From sequence record SRR20825006_492: a stretch of 64,000 bases of DNA. One strand, written 5' to 3'. A model generated the notes under the pieces. The model made no database searches, was not told where the DNA came from, and saw only the letters and a list, made by a program, of their open reading frames with translations. Positions 1 to 10,113 of the stretch are shown piece after piece. Made by a program: the position numbers and the translations under genes. Positions within the stretch are counted from its first letter, which is position 1. The number at the start of each line of letters is the position of its first letter.

Positions 1-25
1 CTCTATCCAATTGAGCTACGGGTGC
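1..25 (-). tRNA. 5' part of a tRNA, probably tRNA-Arg (continues beyond window start; anticodon not visible)
   Basis: Reverse complement reads GCACCCGTAGCTCAATTGGATAGAG, the acceptor stem 5' strand plus D-arm typical of bacterial tRNA-Arg. Confidence 0.8.
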
Positions 26-48
26 ATTTTGCTGTTTTGGCAAGACGC

Positions 49-56
49 CAAAGATA
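49..56 (-). promoter_or_regulatory. Putative housekeeping promoter -10/-7 element (TATCTTTG) for the tRNA
   Basis: TATCTTTG on the minus strand ~24 nt upstream of the tRNA 5' end; fits TAnnnT and the Bacteroidota TAnnTTTG consensus. Confidence 0.5.
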
Positions 57-188
57 AGGACTTCTACTTACGTTCACAACAAGATTTTGAAATTTAGTTG
101 TTTTGGTGATGTTAATGTCGCCTATGTGATTAGGTTGAACTCAATTTAATCTTTCTTAGAAAATAAAAGCTTTACACAATCACTTGGA

Positions 189-1367
189 TTACGCTTCCTT
201 TTCGCCTAGATATTCAAGCGATAGAATAGTTACATCATCAGATTGGTTGGCTTTACCCATAAATTTTAATACATCAACAACTAGGCTTCGTACTAATTTA
301 TCAATGCCGTCAGTGTGGTGTTTAGCAAGAAACTCTTCTAATCGAGGTTCTTCGTACATGTCCTCTTCAACATTCATGGCTTCGGTTACGCCATCGGTAA
401 AAAGTAGAATTTTATCGCCAGGATGTAGTTGTAGCTCGTTGGTTTCGTAAGCAATACCTTCAATTTTACCAAGCAGGAGACCAGAAGTGTTTTCTACTTC
501 TTCTACATCACCATTTGCACGAACTATATAAGGCAAATTGTGACCGCCGTTAGAATAGCGCACTACACCAGTTCGCGTATCCATCACTCCATAAAAAACG
601 GTCACAAAAGTTGTTAAATCGCTTTCTGGAATTAGCATGGTGTTAACGGTGGATAAACATTCAGCTGGATCGTCAATCTGCGAGGCAATGGCTTTTAACA
701 TGGTTCTAGAAACGGCCATGTAGATGGAAGCGGGAACGCCTTTTCCAGAAACATCACCAATTACAAAGCCAAGCCGGTGTTCATCAAGAAAGAAGAAGTC
801 GTAAAAATCTCCGCCCACTTCTTTTGCGGTATGCATCTCTCCGTAGATATTGAATTCCTTACGGTGAGGGAAAGGAGGGAAGACTTGAGGAAGAATTTTT
901 TGTTGAATACGTGCCGCGGTATCCAAATCAACTTGTACTGCAGCTAATGTTTTTTTCTGCTGATGTGCTTCAAACATATAGCGTATTTCATTCAGTCCCT
1001 TTTCGATGGTGATTTCGAGGTCACGAAAGTCGATGGGTTTTGTGATAAAATCAAAAGCTCCTCGGTTCATGGCGGTGCGGATGTTTTCCATATCGCCGTA
1101 GGCAGAAACAATCACCGTTTTAAGAATGGGGTTGTTGAGTTTCTGAGATTCAGATAAAAAAGTAAGCCCATCCATTTTGGGCATATTGATGTCAGAAAGT
1201 ACAAGAGAGATGTCGTCGGATTCTTCGAGCATGGCAAGGGCTTCTTCGCCATTTTCAGCAAAACAAAACTCATATACATCTTGTTGTATTTGCTTACGGA
1301 AGCGTTGTAAAATAAGCATTTGAAGATCTGGTTCGTCGTCCACAACCATTATTTTGTGTTGTATCAT
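189..1367 (-). CDS. Response-regulator receiver + SpoIIE/PP2C phosphatase (RsbU/RsbY-like)
   Basis: N-terminal receiver (VVDDE, SDINMPKMDG, KPID); PP2C motifs VGGDFYD, GDVSGKG, FTDGVTE, DDVT. Confidence 0.92.
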   Translation of the reverse strand: MIQHKIMVVDDEPDLQMLILQRFRKQIQQDVYEFCFAENGEEALAMLEESDDISLVLSDINMPKMDGLTFLSESQKLNNPILKTVIVSAYGDMENIRTAMNRGAFDFITKPIDFRDLEITIEKGLNEIRYMFEAHQQKKTLAAVQVDLDTAARIQQKILPQVFPPFPHRKEFNIYGEMHTAKEVGGDFYDFFFLDEHRLGFVIGDVSGKGVPASIYMAVSRTMLKAIASQIDDPAECLSTVNTMLIPESDLTTFVTVFYGVMDTRTGVVRYSNGGHNLPYIVRANGDVEEVENTSGLLLGKIEGIAYETNELQLHPGDKILLFTDGVTEAMNVEEDMYEEPRLEEFLAKHHTDGIDKLVRSLVVDVLKFMGKANQSDDVTILSLEYLGEKEA

Positions 1368-1385
1368 AATATGGTATAAGTCTGC

Positions 1386-1775
1386 TTAGCGTTTTTTCTG
1401 TTCTTCCAGAAGTTGGTGTAATTCTTGCTTTAATGAATTAAAGTCGATGGGTTTGGTGAAAAATTCTTTGGCCCCGGAGTTAATGGCACGGTCGTAATTT
1501 TCACTGTCGCCATAGGCTGAAATCATGCTCACTTTAATTTTAGGAAATTGAGCTTTAACGGCTTCCAAAAGCTCAAAACCTGTCATACCCGGCATGTTAA
1601 TATCAGAGAATATGTAAACAACATCAGGGGGCTGGTTGTTATGTAAGAGTTCTAGAGCTTCATTTCCCGAGAAAGCGAATTCGAGTTCTAAAAGACCTTT
1701 TTTAACTTCGGCTCTAAATTTTTGACGAAAAAGCATTTCTACATCCCGCTCATCATCTACTACTAAAAACTTCAT
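1386..1775 (-). CDS. Single-domain response regulator (receiver)
   Basis: LVVDDE, SDINMPGMTG, ISAYG, FTKP; 129 aa; operonic with neighbours. Confidence 0.92.
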   Translation of the reverse strand: MKFLVVDDERDVEMLFRQKFRAEVKKGLLELEFAFSGNEALELLHNNQPPDVVYIFSDINMPGMTGFELLEAVKAQFPKIKVSMISAYGDSENYDRAINSGAKEFFTKPIDFNSLKQELHQLLEEQKKR

Positions 1776-1790
1776 TCTTTAAGCCCCATT

Positions 1791-4700
1791 TTATGTTAAA
1801 TATATATTAAACCGAGTAAACTCGTTGGTTTTTGTTTCAATCTCCAAAGTGCCACCATGCGCTTTGATAATATCGTTGGTTATGCTTAATCCAAGCCCTG
1901 TTCCTGCGGTGCCTTTTTTAGTGGTAAAGAATGGTTGTAGGATTTGGTCTTTGATGCTATCAGGTATTCCTGGGCCATTGTCGGCAATGGTAAGGTGAAT
2001 GCCCCCAGATACATTTTTTGTACTAACTGTTAGCTTTGGCTTGTAGTTAGTTGGTTCGGCATTGTATTTTTCTCGCATGGCGTCGAAAGCATTATTGCAC
2101 AAATTAACTACCACTCTACTGAAATCTTCAGAAATAAGTGGAATCTCAGTCAAAGATTCGTCTAAATCGAGCTCAATGTCCACATTAAACGGATTTTTAG
2201 CGGCCCGCATACCATGAAAGGTGAGGTTTACAAACTCTTTTAGGAGCGCATTAAGATCAGTGGTTTCTTTTTTGCCAGTGCCTCCTCGAGAATGCTGAAG
2301 CATGGATTTCACGATAGAGTCGGCACGAGATCCGTGTTCTTGAATCTTTTTGAGGTTTATTTCAATATCATTCATCAACTCGGAAATTTCATTGAAAGAT
2401 CCTTCTTGTTGAGTCGAATCTAAACTCGTTTTCACACTTTCGACTTCCTCTCGCAGTTCTTGTAAAAGTTCTACTGAGAGTTCTGAAAAATTGGTCACAA
2501 AGTTCAAAGGGTTTTTGATTTCGTGAGCGATGCCCGCTGTTAGCTGTCCAAGGGACGCTAGTTTCTCTTGTTGAACGAGTTGCTGCTGCATGCTTTTGAG
2601 CTCGCTTAGCGTCGCATTAAGCTTCCGGTACGCTGATGCGTTATCGATAGCTATAGCAGCGTAAGTAGCTAAGTTTCGAAGAAGATTTACGTGATACTCT
2701 GTATAAGCATTTTTACTAAAACTCTGGGTAGTAAGAACCCCAATAACTTTTTTATGGTGGACGAGAGGTAAGTATATCACGGATGATGATTCTTCCCCTT
2801 CAATGGGCTGGTGGTATTCCTTAAGGTATTTGCTTTGCTCTTTTTCGAAATCTCCAATGATGATTTCTTTGTTATTTTTGAAACACCATGCGGCAAGTCT
2901 ACGGCCTTCGTCAAGTTGGTTTATATAAGCGGGAAGCATTACTCCTTTCTCTTTAGTAGCGGGGAAGTCAAGACAATGGTTTCGCTTGTTGTAGATTCCA
3001 ATGCCAAAAATAGCGGCGTCCATCAGAGCGTTAACATTTTCGTATACCGTTTCGATAACGGTATCTACAGAGAGGGTAGAAGTGATAGCTTGGCCGATTT
3101 TACTAAGTTGTTCAGTATCAGCTCGTCGTTTGTTTTCGGCTTCAGCTCGAAGGCCTGCTTCTTGTAATGCCGTTCTTTCCTTTTCTTTTACAGCCATACG
3201 TTTACGTTGAACACGATCAAAGCCAAATATGAGAAGCCCGAGAGCTAATGCAAAAAGAAGATAAGCCCACCAAGTGTTATACCAAGGGGGTAGAACTGTG
3301 AGTTTAACGGACGTCCCTTTTTCGTTCCAAATACCATCGGCATTTGAGCCTTTTACATGAAAAGTGTATGTACCTGCGGGTAAATTGGTGTAGGTAGCGG
3401 TTTGTTTGTTCCCTACATCTGCCCAATCTTTATCAAAACCTTCTAGTTTGTAAGCATATTGGTTTTTTGCTGAGTTTGCAAAATGAAGGGCTACATAATC
3501 GAATGAAATCTCATTCTGATTGTATTTTAAGGTGATTAATGAAGTTTCAGATAGGGATTTTTCAAGAGGAGAATCGGGACCAACTTTTACAGATTTATTA
3601 AAGAGTTTGAAATCTGAAAGCACTACTTGCGGAGGAGTTTCATTTATATGAAGTTGCTCAGGAACAAAAGCAGTGACCCCTTTGGGACTTCCGAAATATA
3701 AAATTCCACCAGTACCTTTTCTAAATGCATTTTGATCATACTCAAGTGCCATAAGTCCGTCATCTAATCCATAATTTCGAAAAGTATTGGCTTCTGGATC
3801 AAAGTTACTGATTCCATTATTGGTACTCATCCAAAGTGTTCCGCTATTGTCGAGGAGTAAACCATATATGGTGTTATTTGAAAGTCCTTCCTTCTCTGTA
3901 AAGTGTTTTGCAATTCCAGTTTTCGCATCAAATCGGTTTAAACCACCACCCTGTGTGCCAATCCAAATTATCTCAGGTTCATCCGGTCTAATAATTATAG
4001 CCGATATATTATTATTATTTATACTATTAAAATTGTTGGGATTATAAGATGACTGTAAAGAAAATTGATTTAATGTATCGACTTTGAATAATCCGTCATT
4101 GGTTCCAATCCATATAATACCATCATTATTTTGATAGAGACTCAGCACAATAGGACCTGTGTTACTTGTGTCAGCCGTTAACTCAATGGGAGTAAATTCT
4201 TTTGTTCTTACATCAAATTTGTCTAAACCTGCTCCACTTCCAATGATGAGAATATTTGAATCAAGTAAGCTAGGTTCAAGTGCAAAGATATTGTCCCTCC
4301 CGAATTTATCCTGGCGAAACCATTTCCCTTGGTCTGTTTTACGATTTAATAAACTCAGCCCAAAAGAACTTCCAATCCAAAAATTTCCTTGAGCATCTTC
4401 CGCAAAAGTTCGATAGGTGCCAGGTAGAATACTGGTTGTATCATCCTGATTATAGCGAAATTGGGTAGCTTTATTCTTGGTTCCGTCCGATTTAAGACGA
4501 GTTAGAATATTAGATCGAACTCCAGCATCGCTTCCTATCCAAAGTGAACCTTCTTGGTCTTCATACACACCCCATACAATTCCTGGTGCGATACTCTCAG
4601 GGTTATCTGGCGAGTATTTGAGGTGGGAAAAGTTTACCGCAGCTGGATTGAATTTACTAAAACCTTCAGTGGTATAGCCAACCCACATAGTGCCTGATCG

Positions 4701-5795
4701 GTCTGTAAACAGGCTAGAAACATCATTTTCAATTAAGCTGTTTGGATCACTTTCATCTTTTCTATAAGAGGTAAATTCTCCTGTGCGGTAATCAAAACGG
4801 GCAATTCCTGCCCCTGGCCCAGCTACCCAAAGTATGTTTGGATCGGCAGGATCTGGAGAGACTTCATGTAAAAAATTAAGTGGGTTTGTCTGTTGTCCAG
4901 TATCTGGAGAAAGTAAAAACCGTTCATTTGAACCATCTGATATATTAAATCGAAGAAGCCCATTTCCCGTGGCTAGCCAAATAATTTCCTTTTCAATAGG
5001 AGATTTATATACCCCCAAAACGTTGGCTTTATCCCCATATCCTTCTGATGATAGAGAATCGCTAAGAAAACGAGTGATTTCATCTGTTTTAGGATTAACT
5101 CGGCTTATTCCATTGCTTGTTGTAACCCAAATCATCCCAGCTTCATCTTCAAAAATCGCAAAAGTTGTATGAGCTGAGATGGTATTTGGATCTTCATGGA
5201 CATGCTTGTAGTTCTTAAAAATTCCATCTTCAGTCGCTTTCATGCGACTAATTCCGTTATTGAGTGTTGTTACCCAAAGGTCTCCATTTCGAGCTTCTAG
5301 TGTGGAAAAAGTTCTATCACTTGAGATAGATGTGCTATCATCGGGGTTGTGTCGGTAGTGGGTAAATTTTTCCGTGGTGCGATCCATTCTGTTGAGTCCG
5401 CCACTTTCTGTTGTTACCCATAGGTCGCCGCTTTCCACTTCTGTAATCCCCCAAACCCAATTATCTGAAAGAGAGGTAGTGTCGAATGGAGTAGAAGCAT
5501 AAATTTTAAACTCCTGACCATCGTAACGATGAAGTCCACCTTGAGTTGAAATCCAGATAAATCCTTGTTCATCTTGAGTAATTGAATTTGCACTACCTTG
5601 AGCAAGCCCATTTTGAATCCCTACATGTTCAAACCGTAAGGTTGGCGCTTCACTTTTTAAAATGGAAGGGTTTATTTCCTGTTCATTTTGAGCCTGCACT
5701 GTTATAGATATCGAAACTCCCAGTAGTAATTGGAAGGCCAAAAATTGGGTGAATCGGAGAGAGTGCAGTCGTGCGGTTTGTAATACCCGTTTCAT
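1791..5795 (-). CDS. Membrane sensor histidine kinase: signal peptide, Reg_prop beta-propellers, Y_Y_Y, TM, GAF, HisKA, HATPase
   Basis: Repeated D-x-x-G-x-[LI]-W-[IV]-G-T motifs; YTNLPAGTYTFHVKGSN then PPWYNTWWAY TM; H-box AGIAHEIKNPLNF; G boxes DNGPG, FFTTK, GTGLGL. Confidence 0.9.
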   Translation of the reverse strand: MKRVLQTARLHSLRFTQFLAFQLLLGVSISITVQAQNEQEINPSILKSEAPTLRFEHVGIQNGLAQGSANSITQDEQGFIWISTQGGLHRYDGQEFKIYASTPFDTTSLSDNWVWGITEVESGDLWVTTESGGLNRMDRTTEKFTHYRHNPDDSTSISSDRTFSTLEARNGDLWVTTLNNGISRMKATEDGIFKNYKHVHEDPNTISAHTTFAIFEDEAGMIWVTTSNGISRVNPKTDEITRFLSDSLSSEGYGDKANVLGVYKSPIEKEIIWLATGNGLLRFNISDGSNERFLLSPDTGQQTNPLNFLHEVSPDPADPNILWVAGPGAGIARFDYRTGEFTSYRKDESDPNSLIENDVSSLFTDRSGTMWVGYTTEGFSKFNPAAVNFSHLKYSPDNPESIAPGIVWGVYEDQEGSLWIGSDAGVRSNILTRLKSDGTKNKATQFRYNQDDTTSILPGTYRTFAEDAQGNFWIGSSFGLSLLNRKTDQGKWFRQDKFGRDNIFALEPSLLDSNILIIGSGAGLDKFDVRTKEFTPIELTADTSNTGPIVLSLYQNNDGIIWIGTNDGLFKVDTLNQFSLQSSYNPNNFNSINNNNISAIIIRPDEPEIIWIGTQGGGLNRFDAKTGIAKHFTEKEGLSNNTIYGLLLDNSGTLWMSTNNGISNFDPEANTFRNYGLDDGLMALEYDQNAFRKGTGGILYFGSPKGVTAFVPEQLHINETPPQVVLSDFKLFNKSVKVGPDSPLEKSLSETSLITLKYNQNEISFDYVALHFANSAKNQYAYKLEGFDKDWADVGNKQTATYTNLPAGTYTFHVKGSNADGIWNEKGTSVKLTVLPPWYNTWWAYLLFALALGLLIFGFDRVQRKRMAVKEKERTALQEAGLRAEAENKRRADTEQLSKIGQAITSTLSVDTVIETVYENVNALMDAAIFGIGIYNKRNHCLDFPATKEKGVMLPAYINQLDEGRRLAAWCFKNNKEIIIGDFEKEQSKYLKEYHQPIEGEESSSVIYLPLVHHKKVIGVLTTQSFSKNAYTEYHVNLLRNLATYAAIAIDNASAYRKLNATLSELKSMQQQLVQQEKLASLGQLTAGIAHEIKNPLNFVTNFSELSVELLQELREEVESVKTSLDSTQQEGSFNEISELMNDIEINLKKIQEHGSRADSIVKSMLQHSRGGTGKKETTDLNALLKEFVNLTFHGMRAAKNPFNVDIELDLDESLTEIPLISEDFSRVVVNLCNNAFDAMREKYNAEPTNYKPKLTVSTKNVSGGIHLTIADNGPGIPDSIKDQILQPFFTTKKGTAGTGLGLSITNDIIKAHGGTLEIETKTNEFTRFNIYLT

Positions 5796-5922
5796 AGATT
5801 ATTCTTTTGATACTGTTGAAAAATAAGAGGTAGAGTTGCTTTTTTGGAGAAGCAGACGTCAATAGCCCACGCTATATATTTAATAGAAATGCTATAAATG
5901 GTATTGTTGATATTAATACTCA

Positions 5923-8900
5923 TTAAACTGGTAGATTGATGGTAAATGTTGTCCCTTCACGTAGCTTACTTGCTAAACTAATTTCGCCACCATGAGCTTT
6001 GATAATATCATTGGTAATTGATAGGCCGAGTCCAGTTCCTTGCGTTCCTTTTTTGGTAGTGAAAAAGGGAACAAGGATTTTATCCTTAAACTCATCGGAG
6101 ATACCAGGCCCGTTGTCTTCCATTTCGAATGAAATTCCATTTTTGCCACTTTTAGTGCGAACGGTAAGTACGGGTTTATAAGGAGTTCCCTGATTGTTAC
6201 TAGTCGTAGCAATTTTCTCTCGCATAGCATCAAATGCATTGTTTGCTAAATTGAGAATTACACGGCTGAAATCTTCCACAATGATGGGGACTTTCTCTAA
6301 GTTTTCTTGCAACTCCAATTCAATAGCTACATTTATTGGGGTTTTACTAGCTCGCATTCCGTGGAAAGCTAGATTCACATATTCCTTTACCAAAAGGTTT
6401 ATATCAATAAGTTCTTTTTCGCCACTTCCACCTCTAGAATGCAAGAGCATTGATTTTACAATGCCATCTGCTCGAGTTCCATGTTCGAATATCTTTTTAA
6501 GATTGGCCTCGATATCCGATAAAATTGCATCAATATCCTCACTATTAGCGCTGTTAGTTGGAATTAATTCACGTAATTCTTCAAACAATTCGAGGTTTAA
6601 ATCCGAAAAATTATTAACAAAATTAAGGGGATTTTTAATCTCGTGAGCAATCCCGGCAGTTAGTTGGCCAAGCGAAGCCAATTTCTCTTGCTGTACTAGT
6701 TGTTGTTGTGCAGCTTTTAAATCAGTTAAGGCAGATTGTAGCTTCTGGTAGGCTTCGGCATTCTGCATTGCTACACCAACATTTGCAGCTATTGTGGTTA
6801 ATAGGCGTTGGTCGTACTCAGTAAATCGATTTATTGTGCTAGTTGATTGAACACTAATTACTCCTATAGCTTTCTTCCCCGCCATAATAGGAACCCCAAG
6901 GTAAGACATGGCCATAGTGCCCCTTTTCTCAGCCTGAATTTTGTCATACGCTTTGTCCATATTTTGATTAATCAAAAGAGGCTCTTTTTGAAGTATGATT
7001 TTTTCAGTAATTCCGTTTCCAAAGGGACGAGATTGAGTTTCGTCGCCATAATAATATGGAAAGTTTAACATGTTGGTTTTGAGATCGTGGATTGCTAAAT
7101 AGACAATATCGGCTTTAAATGTCTCTAACATTTGTTCGCCAACTAGCTTGATAAGCGCATCAAATTCCAGTTGAGAAACCAACGCTCTACTAATATTATT
7201 TACAGTATCTAGTTCACTTGCACGTTGTTCTGTCTCGGCCAACAAACGTGTAGTTTCATTAAAAAGACGAGCGTTTTCTAGAGCCACACTCATGCTATTT
7301 GTTAACGTAGTTAGGAGACGAAGATCAGATTCGTCAAAGGCATTTTCCTTTTCCACATTTTGTAAACTCACAGACCCAACGGCTTTGTCTCCTACAATCA
7401 TCGGGACAAAAATGGCAGATTTAGGCGGTAATCCTTTACTTACCCCTCTTTCAGTATCACCATATTTTATAGCTGTTTCTAAATAGTTTTCATTAATTAA
7501 TATGGGTTCCTTTGTTTTTATCAGATACTTATTAGCCCAGATAAAAGGGCGAGGTTCGTTATAAAGACGTTCACCATTTTCAATGGCATATTCCCAAGTC
7601 TCTATCCCATCGGTGTGATTAAAGGTGCGAATCAAAAGTGTTTGTGTATTCAAGACTTCGCAAATTCTATTTCCTACGAGCGCATAAATGGCTTCCATAT
7701 CCATTTCACGAACTAAACCTTCTTGCACGCTATTAATTACGGCAAGTTCAGCATTTCGTTGTTCGGTTTCAGCAAGTAACCGTGTAGTTTCATTAAAAAG
7801 ACGAGCATTTTCTAGAGCAACGCTCATGCTATTTACTAAAGTCTCAAGTACGCGGATATCAGAATCGTTGAATGCATTATCTTTATCTACGTTTTGAAGT
7901 GTGAAGTAGCCAATAACAGAGTCGCCCACCATCATTGGGACAAAAATGGCAGACTTTGCGGAACGGGTTCCAGGTAACGGTTTAGATACTTGCTCATTAA
8001 TCTCGGAAATGGTTCGATCGGCTTTTTCACTCAAGAGAATCGAAAGGTGTTCATCGATTAGTTTTTGGCGAAATAAATCTATCGGACGGCTAGAAGGATA
8101 CATTCGGTCGCCATCCTCAAACAAATAATGCCAAACTTCTGTTTTATCGTTATGGTCAAATATGGCAATACCGGTAACCTGAGCATCGAATAATTGGCGA
8201 ACACGTTCTCCAACAAGTTCGTAAATTCCTTTCATGTCCATTTCAGCCACCAAGCCTTGCTGAACACTGTTTATAACAGCTAATTCTGCATTGCGCTGTT
8301 CAGCCTCGTTAAAAAGTCGAGCGTTTTCTAGTGCTACGCTCATACTGTTGGCCAACGTATTTAGTAATCTAATGTCAGAGTTACTGAATGCGTTTTCTTT
8401 ATCTAAATTTTGTAGACTTACATATCCTCGAATGTTATCACCAATACTAAGGGGAACAAAAAGCATCGATTTTGGGAAGGATGTTCCTGGTACAGCTTTT
8501 GGGGATTCTCCTGTTATGGTAGAATAGGCTTCTTTTGCATTCTCGTTAATACAAATAAGCTTTTGGGTGGTAATTAACCGCTTGCGAATTTTATCAATTT
8601 CACGTGGTTTGGGAATTACTTGAGGCCCATTTTCGTAGAGGTAATGAAATTCCTCCGTATTAGATTCAAGGTCGAAACTGGCGATAGCTAGTACTTGAGC
8701 ATCAAATAAATCACGAATACGATTTCCTACTAAATCATAAATTCCTTGCATGTCCATTTCGGCTACTAACCCTTCTTGTACACTATTTACAACAGCAAGT
8801 TCGGCGTTTCGTTGCTCCGTTTCGTTGAAGAGACGAGCATTTTCTAGTGCTACGCTCATGCTGTTAGCTAAGGTGCTTAGTAAACGCACATCGGATTCGC

Positions 8901-9387
8901 TAAATGCATTTTCGCGGTCTAAATTTTGAAGGCTTACACATCCTTTAACTTCCTTTCCAACAATTAGAGGAACAAATAGCATTGACAATGGAAACCTTGT
9001 CCCTGGAACATTCTCATTTTTCTCCCCAGTCAATTCAAAAATTCTAGCGTCTACATTTTCATTTACTAGAAGGAGAGTGCGATTAGAAATAATCCAGTTT
9101 CGAAGATGATTAAGAGGTCGAGATTCAGGGTAAAGTCGTTCACCGTCTTCAAACAAATAATGGAAATGCTCCAGCCCAGCATCATGATCAAACGAATAAA
9201 TACCTGTTACCTGAGCATCGAATAAACCACGAAGTCGGTCGCCCACTAGGTCATAAACACCCTGCATATCCATTTGCTCAAGTAACCCTTTCTGAACACT
9301 ATTAATTACTGCTAGCTCAGCATTACGTTGATCTAGAAGTAAGAGCGCCTCAGAAAGTGAGAGCTTGCTTTGAGCGGAAGATTCCAT
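5923..9387 (-). CDS. Cytoplasmic histidine kinase with five tandem GAF domains
   Basis: Five internal repeats joined by (T/V)LxNSMSVALENARLFNE linkers; H-box AHEIKNPLNF; DNGPG/FFTTK/GTGLGL; no TM segment. Confidence 0.9.
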   Translation of the reverse strand: MESSAQSKLSLSEALLLLDQRNAELAVINSVQKGLLEQMDMQGVYDLVGDRLRGLFDAQVTGIYSFDHDAGLEHFHYLFEDGERLYPESRPLNHLRNWIISNRTLLLVNENVDARIFELTGEKNENVPGTRFPLSMLFVPLIVGKEVKGCVSLQNLDRENAFSESDVRLLSTLANSMSVALENARLFNETEQRNAELAVVNSVQEGLVAEMDMQGIYDLVGNRIRDLFDAQVLAIASFDLESNTEEFHYLYENGPQVIPKPREIDKIRKRLITTQKLICINENAKEAYSTITGESPKAVPGTSFPKSMLFVPLSIGDNIRGYVSLQNLDKENAFSNSDIRLLNTLANSMSVALENARLFNEAEQRNAELAVINSVQQGLVAEMDMKGIYELVGERVRQLFDAQVTGIAIFDHNDKTEVWHYLFEDGDRMYPSSRPIDLFRQKLIDEHLSILLSEKADRTISEINEQVSKPLPGTRSAKSAIFVPMMVGDSVIGYFTLQNVDKDNAFNDSDIRVLETLVNSMSVALENARLFNETTRLLAETEQRNAELAVINSVQEGLVREMDMEAIYALVGNRICEVLNTQTLLIRTFNHTDGIETWEYAIENGERLYNEPRPFIWANKYLIKTKEPILINENYLETAIKYGDTERGVSKGLPPKSAIFVPMIVGDKAVGSVSLQNVEKENAFDESDLRLLTTLTNSMSVALENARLFNETTRLLAETEQRASELDTVNNISRALVSQLEFDALIKLVGEQMLETFKADIVYLAIHDLKTNMLNFPYYYGDETQSRPFGNGITEKIILQKEPLLINQNMDKAYDKIQAEKRGTMAMSYLGVPIMAGKKAIGVISVQSTSTINRFTEYDQRLLTTIAANVGVAMQNAEAYQKLQSALTDLKAAQQQLVQQEKLASLGQLTAGIAHEIKNPLNFVNNFSDLNLELFEELRELIPTNSANSEDIDAILSDIEANLKKIFEHGTRADGIVKSMLLHSRGGSGEKELIDINLLVKEYVNLAFHGMRASKTPINVAIELELQENLEKVPIIVEDFSRVILNLANNAFDAMREKIATTSNNQGTPYKPVLTVRTKSGKNGISFEMEDNGPGISDEFKDKILVPFFTTKKGTQGTGLGLSITNDIIKAHGGEISLASKLREGTTFTINLPV

Positions 9388-9698
9388 GAAATGTATAATT
9401 AAGAGTGGATTAGAAGTCGCGTAGCATTATATACGTTGATTAATATAATTTTAAGAATATTATCTTCTTTCAGAGAGTTAGAGGTTTAATTCTATAATCT
9501 GGCTTTTAAAAATTAGCTTTTATACCCAACGATACCTGAATCATCAGCCTAGATATTATTTACCCAAATTTGTACGCCCATTTTTTTAATCTACAAGAAA
9601 ATTCCGTATATCAAAAATGGTCTGAATCGGGTTTTGAGAATTAAACTCGGCTTGTCAGTTTAGTTTGGCTTTTAATTAACACTAAAAAAAATGAATAA

Positions 9699-10040
9699 AT
9701 GAAATACGATATTTCTGAAAAGTACAATTGTGTAATACTGCATTTGAAGGGTAATATAATGGGTGGACCATCAGCAGAAAGTTTTCGCGATGATCTACAT
9801 AAGTTGATTGAGCAAGGCAAAAAAGAAGTGATAGTAGATCTTGGTAAAGTAAAATTCATGAACTCTTCAGGAATTGGACTACTTATTGGGGGCTTAACAA
9901 CTATGAAGAATGCAGGAGGCGATTTAAGAATTTGCCAAGCAGATAAGAAAATTGAAAGTTTGCTTGTTGTTACTCAACTGATAACTGTGTTTAATCATTT
10001 TAGAACACTTGATGAGGCAATAGCGTCATATAATAATTAA
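9699..10040 (+). CDS. STAS-domain anti-sigma-factor antagonist (RsbV/SpoIIAA-like)
   Basis: 113 aa; VDLGKVKFMNSSGIG with the phosphorylatable Ser motif. Confidence 0.9.
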   Translation: MKYDISEKYNCVILHLKGNIMGGPSAESFRDDLHKLIEQGKKEVIVDLGKVKFMNSSGIGLLIGGLTTMKNAGGDLRICQADKKIESLLVVTQLITVFNHFRTLDEAIASYNN

Positions 10041-10041
10041 A

Positions 10042-10073
10042 AAGAGCCTCAATCTATTGAGAAAGAGGCTCTT
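10042..10073. terminator. Probable terminator hairpin between convergent STAS gene and ahcY
   Basis: AAGAGCCTC ... GAGGCTCTT inverted repeat immediately after the STAS stop. Confidence 0.6.
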
Positions 10074-10113
10074 ATTATAAAATTAAGAATAAGTATTTCT
10101 GATACAGCTATTT

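Noticed and set aside
3985-4080. Very AT-rich ATT-repeat patch inside the propeller kinase
   Set aside because: Explained by Asn/Ile codons (NPNNFNSINNNNISAII) in an intact frame
1-10040. Signalling cluster as a tRNA-anchored genomic island
   Set aside because: The cluster lies on the 5' side of the tRNA whereas integration normally targets the 3' end; no integrase or att repeat seen
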